Shown here one piece after another: positions 25,067 through 31,873 of a DNA stretch of 37,592 bases. The notes below the pieces were generated by a model, which was not told the origin of the DNA, did no database searches, and saw nothing but the letters and a program-made list of their open reading frames with translations. Position 1 is the first letter of the stretch. Each line of letters opens with the position of its first letter. Source of the stretch: Acidobacteriota bacterium. Lineage in GTDB: Bacteria > Acidobacteriota > Terriglobia > Bryobacterales > JACQDG01. The DNA lies in assembly GCA_016201195.1 (NCBI GenBank), contig JACQDI010000021.1:1-37592 (forward strand), written 5' to 3'. A program made the position numbers and the translations under genes.

Positions 25067-26250
25067 CGTTGGCCGTCCGGGCGCCGCTTCAGAAGCTCTT
25101 CGGCCGCGCGGACTTGTCCTTCCGAGCCTGCCGCGCGGCGGGCCGCGGCTCCACCGTCAGGGTCGACTTCCCAACGCACGACATACTCCTGCGTGACCGG
25201 CTTGCACCACTTCTCCGAGCAGGCAAAGTAGCGGAAGACGATCCGCGCGGGCTCCTTCGAGTTGCCGCGGTCGGCGTCCACGAGAAACTCCCGCGGGTCC
25301 GCGTCGGCCTCCGCCTCCACTTTCGGTCCCTGTCCTTTGCTGGGCGAAATCTGGACGCCCTCGGGGGGATGGAACTCGTACTGCACGGGGGCTACCAGAT
25401 TGTTCCAGTGCACGCCATACAGCGGGTCAAGATGAAAACCGAGGTAGAGCTTCCCTTTGCCGGAGCGAAGGAAATTCCCATCAGCCTCGACACGCGGCTT
25501 AACGTAGAATGGCTCCTTGCTCTTTTGAAGCTGGGGCTCGATCCTCAGCGCCAGGTACCGCTCCGGGAGCTTGACCCGCGGGACGATGCCCGTAGGAGCA
25601 TGCTTCGGCGGCGGCTCCACCTTCAGGTTGAGGTCCGACACCTTGGTCGGGTTCTCCACTGGCCCCACCAGCTTTTCCAAGTCCTTGCGCAGGGCGTCCG
25701 GATCGCTCCAGCCGCGCTTGCGAACGATTTTGCCCTCCGGATCGAGCAGGTATTCCGAGTTGGGAGCATCACCAGTGGCGTGCTTGAGCTCGTTAGACAT
25801 GGTGTCGCAGACCCAGGGAATCTCCGTGCCGAGCGTGCGCCGGGCTTCCTTGATCTGCATCAGGCGCTCCTCGAGGGTGACCGGCGTGACGTAGCCGTGG
25901 AGCTCAGGGTGCGCCAGCGCCTTATACAAGTAGAAGAATTGAACGCCCTTCGGCGCGTAATCTCGATAGACCGTCTCCAAACTGGGGACGTTTTTCCGGA
26001 AGGGCGGTCAAGTCAGGCAGCCGTTGACGATGACTGTGTACTTCCCCTTGAGGCTTCTGGTGTTGAACCGCTTGCCCTCGGCATCGTGAATGTCTACCTC
26101 GGGGAAGTGGTCACCCACTTTCAGGCGGAACGCCTGAAACCGGTCCTCCAAAGCCTCCCGTGCGGACTTGCCCTGCGTGGGTTGAGCCAAGGCCACGCAT
26201 ATCGTGGAAAGGGCTGCAAGGAGCGCCGCTGCAGTTTGCGAGAATCTCAT
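25063..26250 (-). CDS. Secreted iodothyronine-deiodinase-like thioredoxin-fold protein with in-frame UGA (candidate Sec at codon 26010..26008) fused to a DsbD-alpha-like domain
   Basis: ATG at 26250 lies 7 nt after AGGAGG and gives the signal peptide MRFSQTAAALLAALSTICVALAQP. The frame reads ...KGKYTVIVNGCLT-TGA-PPFRKNVPSLETVYRDYAPKGVQFFYLYKALAHPE...LEERL...PWVCDTMSN...EYLLDPEGKIVRKRGW...LRKDLEKL. TGA is the only interruption: it is followed by nine sense codons, then the TTG at 25980 listed as the start of the next ORF, in the same frame. The C-terminal ~200 aa end in FRYFACSEKWCKP, which resembles the DsbD N-terminal domain. Confidence 0.7.
25969..26010 (-). promoter_or_regulatory. Candidate bacterial SECIS hairpin starting within the UGA
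   Basis: mRNA U-GACCG-CCCU-UCCGGA-AAAACGUCCCCAG-UUUGGA-GA-CGGUC. Lower stem: 26009-26005 pairs with 25973-25969 (5 Watson-Crick bp). Upper stem: 26000-25995 pairs with 25981-25976 (4 Watson-Crick bp plus 2 G.U). The 13-nt apical loop contains GU at +22/+23 from the U of UGA. Confidence 0.4.
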
Positions 26251-26252
26251 GT

Positions 26253-26660
26253 TCACCTCCTGTATTTCTGTCTGTTCCTACCTCTCGGGCCTGCTCGCCA
26301 GAGTTCTGTGTTTGCAAGACGCCACACTACCCAGCCGCGCCGCAGCCCCGCCGACTCGATCCGATCTTTGATCCGGCGGATCTCCGCTTCCGTCCATGGG
26401 CCCGGGGAGCGGCCGACATCGCTCGAGCGCGGGATGACGCGGCCCGCCGGCGACCAGGTGGGAGCACCAGGGCCGACCATCGTCACCCACTCCACCCCCA
26501 TTTGCCGAATGAATGCCAGCGAGGCATCGGAAAGGTCGAGCGCCCGCAGTGTGAGCTTGAGCTCGCCCTCCAGAGTCGCCGCCGCCCGCAACACTAGCCT
26601 GCTACCGGTCGCGGCGCCGATGCTTTGCAACAACCGTCGTCGGGACACTTGCGCTGGCAT
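26253..26660 (-). pseudogene. 5' fragment of a Tat-exported TIM-barrel enzyme gene (UxuA / xylose-isomerase-like)
   Basis: MPAQVSRRRLLQSIGAATG (Tat motif) followed by LDLSDASLAFIRQMGVEWVTMV...WTEAEIRRIKDRIESAGL. The sequence then degenerates and stops after about 135 codons, directly on the RBS of the next gene. Full-length relatives have about 350 aa or more. Confidence 0.4.
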
Positions 26661-26744
26661 GGCAGTATCTGAGCACCCACCCCTTAGCCGCTTGGAAGGT
26701 CCTCTCAAGCATGGGTTAGCTTCCTTCCTGCGGTTCCAAGCCTC

Positions 26745-29700
26745 TCAACGGAGGAGCTTCAACCCGAACTGCACGATCCGGGGCTGGTTGGCTTGCGCGC
26801 TCACCACCCCAAACAACGGACTGCCGAAACTGGTGTTCGGCACGCCGAATTTCGGCGTGTTCGTTAGGTTGAAGAACTCCGCCCGGAATTGCAACTTCAG
26901 CTTCTCGGTCAGGCGGGTGGCTTTAGCCAGGGTAAGGTTCAGCCCAATCTCGCCGTCCGACCGGCTGTCGGAGAACGTGCGAGGCGCATTGCCGAACCGG
27001 AACGGCTCGGGATTGCTGAATTGAGAGGTATCAAACCACTGGGTCGGCGCGGGGTTGGATAGTTTCGTCTTCACGCCAGACCAGTTGGGTCGCTGGCCGC
27101 CGCCTTGCGAAAACGTGGTGTTCACAGCCGAGGCTACGCCGAGCGGACCGCCGCTGAAAGCCGAAAAGATCGCGGCCACCTCCCAACCCGTCAGCAACTT
27201 CTCGCTCACTCCCCGGAGGTTCTTGCCGACGGGCAACTCGTAGACCGGGTTGATCACCAGGCGGTGAGTCTGATTGAGCGACGACACCGCCCACTCCGAG
27301 CGAAGGTCGTTCCAGTTTTGGATGTTCCCGCCGCCCAGCGCCTCGCCAGCCCACGCGCCGGTTCCCATATCCATGAGCTTCGAGAAGGTGTAAGCACCAT
27401 GGAGCAAGAAACCCTGGCTGTAACGTTTTTCAACCTTGACTTGAAGCGAATGGTACGAAGACGAGCCCCAATTTGCGTTGGTGGAAGTGGCGGCGTCGAA
27501 GTGAGGGAACGGTCGCAGCAGTTGTGCGCGAGAAACGGTTCTTTGCGAGAGGGGCCCAGACGCAATCTGCCCGAAGAACGGGTTAGGCGCCTGCGCCCGA
27601 AGCTCCTGTCCAAGCGCGAGAGCGGCATCGGGAAGCTGGTTCAGCGTCCGGCTGAGTGGATACTTCAAGCCGCGGCTGCCGGCATATGCCACGTCGAAGA
27701 GGATGCCGCCGCGCAGTTGCTGCTGGATGTTGAAGTTCCACTGGCCGGAGTAAGGCTTGCGGTTGCCGCGATCATAAAACGAAACCCCCTGTCCGAGGAG
27801 CGTGGCCGGCCCGAGCTTGCTGCCCGTGGGTTGGGTGATCCCATCCGGGTAGGGATTACTTAACGTGTTGAGCGGGGTCACTCCATCCAGACTGGTAACC
27901 AGCGTCGTGGTGGCCGAGAATCCGCTGGTCCCGAAGCCAATGTCCGTCGTCGAACCAACGAAGATCCCGGCGCCCGCTCGCAACACCGTGTGCGGGGTGG
28001 CTTTGAAGGCGAATCCGACCCGGGGCGCGAGATTGTTGCGGTCCGGTTCGGCCTGGGACCGGGAGGCGCCGTTGACGCCGACGAACGTCAGCGCGCCGCG
28101 CAGATCGAGCCCCGGAGCATTCAGCGGCGGCCTGAGACGGTAGTCGAAGTTAGTAAGCTGGTTGAACCGGTCCGTGAGGGGCGTCTCGTAGTCGTAGCGG
28201 AGCCCGAGATTGAGGGTCAGCCGCGGCGTGACCTTGAAGTCGTCTTGCAGGAACAGGCCGTAGTAGATGACCTGCTGGGCCGGCGCAGGGGTTATGTTCA
28301 CCGAGCCGCTGCCCACACCGAGCAGAAACGAGGCAAGCGCTAAGCCCGCTGTGGCGCTGGCCCGGCTCGGGTCCGGTCCTTGCGTCCACTCATTGCTGAA
28401 GGAAAACAGCCTGCCCACATCCGGGAACTGGTAGGGATTTAGCCGGACGCACCAATACTCAAAGCCCGTCCTCAGGTTGTGTCGGGCCAGCGATTTTCTC
28501 AGGTTTGATTGCCAGGCCCAGGTGTCCGACCCGGAACGAATCACCCCGGTGTGACCGAGATCGCCGAAACCGGTGACGCGGATGCCCGGAAAGGCGAACG
28601 GCTCTCCCATTTGCCGCGCCAGTCCCGCGGGAAACCCCAGGGTCGTGATGTCAAAGCCATTGCTGTACGGCGTGCGGAAGTTCGTCACGCGGGAGTAAGA
28701 GGCGCGCCAGGTGGCCAGCAGAGTGGGAGTAAAGGTATAGACATCTTCTACGACGACGTTGCGCCGGCCGAAGGACTGGGGCCCCGAGGTTGGCGTCGAG
28801 ATCGTGTACTCACGGCCATATGCGGGAGCCACAAGCGTTGGCGTGTCGTCGTAGGAAAAACGTGCGAAAAATCGGTGCCGCTCGGGAAAGTAGTGGTCCA
28901 CCCGGAAGCTGACCGTGTCTTTTCGGATGCGATCGGCGTCGCTGCTGCGGGAAAAGTTCTGGACGCCGGTGACCGGATCACCAGAGGTGTTTGGTGGAGG
29001 ATAGAATCGCGAGATACTGCGCGCCACCGGGTCGATTCGACTCACCGGGATGACGTTGCCGGGAAAAGGTGTGCGGATGAAGCCGGAGCCGGCCGGGTTG
29101 GGTCGGGTCGAGAAGGGATCGAAGATCTGGATCACCTGGTCGGCGGCATTCCGCGTGGCGCTGAAGTCGCCGGCCAGTTGCGCGGCGGTCGGCATCGTGG
29201 TGGTCACGGTAACGCCGGTGGCGAGGCGCACAAACTCGGCGTTGCCGAAAAAGAAGGTCTTGTTGCGGCCGTCGTAAGCCCGCGGGATGACCACCGGGCC
29301 GCCCGCTGAGCCGCCGAACTGGTTCATCCGAAAGGGCGGCCGGCGGGTTCCGGCGCGGTTAGCGAACCAGTTGTTCGCGTTGAGCTTGTCATTCCGAAGG
29401 AACTCGTAGAGAACAAAGTGCGGATCATTGCTACCAGCCCGCGTCACCACGTTGAAGACTCCCCCGGCGGCCCGGCCATACTCGGCGCTGAAGCTGTTGG
29501 TCTCAATCTTGAACTCTTGGAAGAAATCCGGGTTCGGGAACAACACCGGGCCGTTCGATGCCGAGTCGGTATTGGGCGCCCCGTCCAGCAGGAACAGATT
29601 CTGGTTAGCCCGCGCGCCATTGATGGAGGCAAACTGGGTATTGGCCAGATTGACCGGCAGGTTGTTCCAGCTGGCCGGGGCTCGAACCCCCGGAACGAGA

Positions 29701-30173
29701 TTGGCCAACGCGTAAGGGTTGCGGCCCAGCAGCGGCAGCTCGGTGATTTGCTTGCCGCCTACAATCTGGCCAAGCGTGGAGGTTTCGCTGTCCAGCAGCA
29801 CGGCTTGCGCGGAGACCTCCACGGATTGGGTGATGCTGCCCACTTGCAGGGTGACGTCCAGCCGCGCCACCTGTTGCACGGCGAGCCGCAAGTCCAAGTG
29901 CCGGACGGGCGTAAAGCCCTCCTTTGTGATCCAGACGTTGTAGGTCCCCGGCGGAACCGAGGGGAAGTGGTAGTAACCTTCCTGATTCGTTTGGTTTCGG
30001 GTCTCAACGCCGCTCTCAGCGGACTTCACGCTGACGGTCACTGCAGGAACAACCGCGCCACTGGGATCGGTGACCCTGCCGGTTAGCTGCGCGGTCTGGG
30101 CGTTCACAAGCAGCACATTGACGGAAACAAACGCCGCCGTCGAAAGTATGCGGGAAAGAATTCTGTGGTTCAT
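26745..30173 (-). CDS. TonB-dependent receptor (CarboxypepD_reg N-domain + plug + barrel), intact
   Basis: ATG at 30173 follows AGGAGGAG. Signal peptide MNHRILSRILSTAAFVSVNVLLVNAQTAQ, then LTGRVTDPSGAVVPAVTV... The C-terminus is ...LQFRAEFFNLTNTPKFG...RIVQFGLKLLR. Confidence 0.92.
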   Translation of the reverse strand: MNHRILSRILSTAAFVSVNVLLVNAQTAQLTGRVTDPSGAVVPAVTVSVKSAESGVETRNQTNQEGYYHFPSVPPGTYNVWITKEGFTPVRHLDLRLAVQQVARLDVTLQVGSITQSVEVSAQAVLLDSETSTLGQIVGGKQITELPLLGRNPYALANLVPGVRAPASWNNLPVNLANTQFASINGARANQNLFLLDGAPNTDSASNGPVLFPNPDFFQEFKIETNSFSAEYGRAAGGVFNVVTRAGSNDPHFVLYEFLRNDKLNANNWFANRAGTRRPPFRMNQFGGSAGGPVVIPRAYDGRNKTFFFGNAEFVRLATGVTVTTTMPTAAQLAGDFSATRNAADQVIQIFDPFSTRPNPAGSGFIRTPFPGNVIPVSRIDPVARSISRFYPPPNTSGDPVTGVQNFSRSSDADRIRKDTVSFRVDHYFPERHRFFARFSYDDTPTLVAPAYGREYTISTPTSGPQSFGRRNVVVEDVYTFTPTLLATWRASYSRVTNFRTPYSNGFDITTLGFPAGLARQMGEPFAFPGIRVTGFGDLGHTGVIRSGSDTWAWQSNLRKSLARHNLRTGFEYWCVRLNPYQFPDVGRLFSFSNEWTQGPDPSRASATAGLALASFLLGVGSGSVNITPAPAQQVIYYGLFLQDDFKVTPRLTLNLGLRYDYETPLTDRFNQLTNFDYRLRPPLNAPGLDLRGALTFVGVNGASRSQAEPDRNNLAPRVGFAFKATPHTVLRAGAGIFVGSTTDIGFGTSGFSATTTLVTSLDGVTPLNTLSNPYPDGITQPTGSKLGPATLLGQGVSFYDRGNRKPYSGQWNFNIQQQLRGGILFDVAYAGSRGLKYPLSRTLNQLPDAALALGQELRAQAPNPFFGQIASGPLSQRTVSRAQLLRPFPHFDAATSTNANWGSSSYHSLQVKVEKRYSQGFLLHGAYTFSKLMDMGTGAWAGEALGGGNIQNWNDLRSEWAVSSLNQTHRLVINPVYELPVGKNLRGVSEKLLTGWEVAAIFSAFSGGPLGVASAVNTTFSQGGGQRPNWSGVKTKLSNPAPTQWFDTSQFSNPEPFRFGNAPRTFSDSRSDGEIGLNLTLAKATRLTEKLKLQFRAEFFNLTNTPKFGVPNTSFGSPLFGVVSAQANQPRIVQFGLKLLR

Positions 30174-30208
30174 GCCCTTCTCCTCCTGGGCGCCCGCCCC
30201 GGGGGAAG

Positions 30209-30403
30209 TCATACGTACACGTAACCCTTGGGAATAGTACCTCCCTGTCCCCTTCCGGTCAAGGGGATCTCGCTGGGGGCGCTGGGGGGGCGCGACATGG
30301 AAGATCCCTGCCCGCCGCAGGGTGGTCTCTGGGCTGGAAGTGAGGATGCGAGCCCGAGCAATAACGCGACCAGACAGGGTATGCGTCGAAGCCCTTTCAC
30401 CAT
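30209..30403 (-). CDS. Doubtful small ORF (64 aa) with signal-peptide-like N-terminus
   Basis: ATG at 30403 is preceded by AAGGGGG. It encodes MVKGLRRIPCLVALLLGLASSLPAQ... The ORF lies between modules E and D, and its last ~18 codons are encoded by promoter/operator D itself. GC3 is only about two thirds by my count. Confidence 0.2.
   Translation of the reverse strand: MVKGLRRIPCLVALLLGLASSLPAQRPPCGGQGSSMSRPPSAPSEIPLTGRGQGGTIPKGYVYV
30212..30262 (-). promoter_or_regulatory. Promoter/operator module D (receptor 26745..30173)
   Basis: On the minus strand: TTGACC (30262-30257), N17, TACTAT (30239-30234), 10 nt, then TACGTGTACGTA (30223-30212). The receptor ATG is 39 nt further on. Confidence 0.7.
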
Positions 30404-30553
30404 TGTGCGGCCCCCTTCAATTCTTGGCGCACCACCTGGTGTGGTAAGCCCGGGCACCCTGATGAAGTTGCTGATTTTCTGGTGAATCGCATCCCGGCGG
30501 CGTTCACGGCCAACCTCCTGCTCCCGGCGAGCTGGTACCCACCGCAAAATTGA

Positions 30554-30603
30554 TACGTCTACGTATTCTCTGGAATTGTACACCTTAGCTTAGGGGATGT
30601 CAA
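30554..30603 (-). promoter_or_regulatory. Promoter/operator module E (tandem, ~340 bp upstream of D)
   Basis: On the minus strand: TTGACA (30603-30598), N17, TACAAT (30580-30575), 9 nt, then TACGTAGACGTA (30565-30554). Confidence 0.65.
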
Positions 30604-30752
30604 TTATAAAAGTTGACCGACTGGCCCAGGAACGTGTCGAGGCCCAGCGTGTTGCCAACCGGCTGGAGAATGCCGCCGGGAAACGGGTTGCTTAACGTAG
30701 CCGCAGGCGTCAGAACCGGGCTCAACAAAGCGCACGTAAGTCCTCCGTCGCT
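30603..30752 (-). pseudogene. Internal ~50-aa fragment of a TonB-dependent receptor barrel
   Basis: LLSPVLTPAATLSNPFPGGILQPVGNTLGLDTFLGQSVNFYN aligns with SLDGVTPLNTLSNPYPDGITQPTGSKLGPATLLGQGVSFYD of receptor 26745..30173. It ends abruptly at the -35 hexamer of module E (TATAATTGACA). Confidence 0.6.
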
Positions 30753-30784
30753 CTGGCACTGCTCGGAACGACGCGCGGCTGGCG

Positions 30785-31798
30785 CTACAGTGCCACGGAG
30801 CAGCCGGGCACCGCCGGGACGTCGCCCAGCCCCGGCGTCGTAAGCATAGCCGTGGGCCGCAGCGGGACCTGGTGAACCAGGGTGGCGTCGACTGGCTTGG
30901 GCTTGGTTTTCAGGCGGGTTTCCAGGTATTTCTGCACTTTGGCGAAGACGGCTGCGGCCTCTTCGGTGCGGTGGTCGCCCCAAAAGGCGAAGCAGTGCGG
31001 CTGGCTGGGAACCGCAAACTCTTGCACGTCTTTGCTGGCCGCCTTCAGCTCCGGAACCAGGATCTGCTCGTTGACGCGGTTGATCAAGTGCTGGTCACTG
31101 TGGACGATCAGGATGGGGCAGCGGATCTTGCGGACCTTCGCACGGGTGAATTGCTGCAGCTCGGGTGTGTAGTATTTCTTCGGCTCGACCCAAATCGGCC
31201 GTGCGTCGGCGGGCGTGTGCAGCGGTCCGGACTTCGGCGTGCTCTTGTTCATCATGCCGGCGAACAGATCCCCCGCGGGTTCTTCGGCCACAATGGCGGC
31301 CAGCGTCTCCTCGCCGGCGACCTCGAGCGCCAGGCTGCCGCCGCCGCTGCAGCCGTACACGACGACACTGGCCGGATCCACGCCCGCAAGCTTTTTCGCA
31401 TAGCGCACCATGGCCAGGCAGTCCACCAGGGCATCGGTCGACTGCGGATCCTCATCCCGCCTCCGAAACGTGGGGGCCAGGATCACGTACCCCGCCGCCA
31501 GAGCCCGGCACTGAGTGGGCGCGGCCAGCGACCACTGTTTCAGCGAACTGACCGGACGAGGCGTGAGGCCGCCGTGCAGGAAAATCATCACCGGAAGCTT
31601 CCCTGCTCCCGGCGGCCGCCGCAGGATGGCGGTGGCTTTGTTTCCATCCGGCGTCTCCACCCAGATCTGCTCGGCCGGGCTGGTCTGCTCTGAAATCTCG
31701 GGACTGGTGATCCCCGCGCCCGCGCGGCACAGCCCGGGTATCGCGGCCGCAGCCGCGGCCAGCAGTTCTCGTCTCGTCATCGATTCTCGTATCCGCAT
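30785..31798 (-). CDS. Alpha/beta hydrolase (dienelactone hydrolase/S9-like), Tat signal
   Basis: ATG at 31798 follows GGGAGGAAGG. Tat motif MRIRESMTRRELLAAAAAAIPG. Other features: PVMIFLHGG, the nucleophile elbow GCSGGG, and PILIVHSDQ. Confidence 0.85.
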   Translation of the reverse strand: MRIRESMTRRELLAAAAAAIPGLCRAGAGITSPEISEQTSPAEQIWVETPDGNKATAILRRPPGAGKLPVMIFLHGGLTPRPVSSLKQWSLAAPTQCRALAAGYVILAPTFRRRDEDPQSTDALVDCLAMVRYAKKLAGVDPASVVVYGCSGGGSLALEVAGEETLAAIVAEEPAGDLFAGMMNKSTPKSGPLHTPADARPIWVEPKKYYTPELQQFTRAKVRKIRCPILIVHSDQHLINRVNEQILVPELKAASKDVQEFAVPSQPHCFAFWGDHRTEEAAAVFAKVQKYLETRLKTKPKPVDATLVHQVPLRPTAMLTTPGLGDVPAVPGCSVAL

Positions 31799-31873
31799 CA
31801 CACCTTCCTCCCTTCTGGTTTTCAAAGTCAATGCTGTTGCCTGAAGATTGCTCACGGCGCATCAAAGACGAAG

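Noticed and set aside
30230-30262. The LTGR motif in the small ORF, which resembles the conserved AQLTGRV start of mature receptors and suggested a receptor 5' remnant
   Set aside because: The residues are encoded by the -35 hexamer of module D (TTGACC GGA AGG), and nothing else aligns. It is most likely coincidence.
30209-30583. The 124-aa version of the small ORF, starting at GTG 30583
   Set aside because: The GTG is part of the -10 element region of module E (gtgTACAAT), and the first ~20 codons are the promoter and operator themselves. Only the ATG-30403 version is even conceivable.
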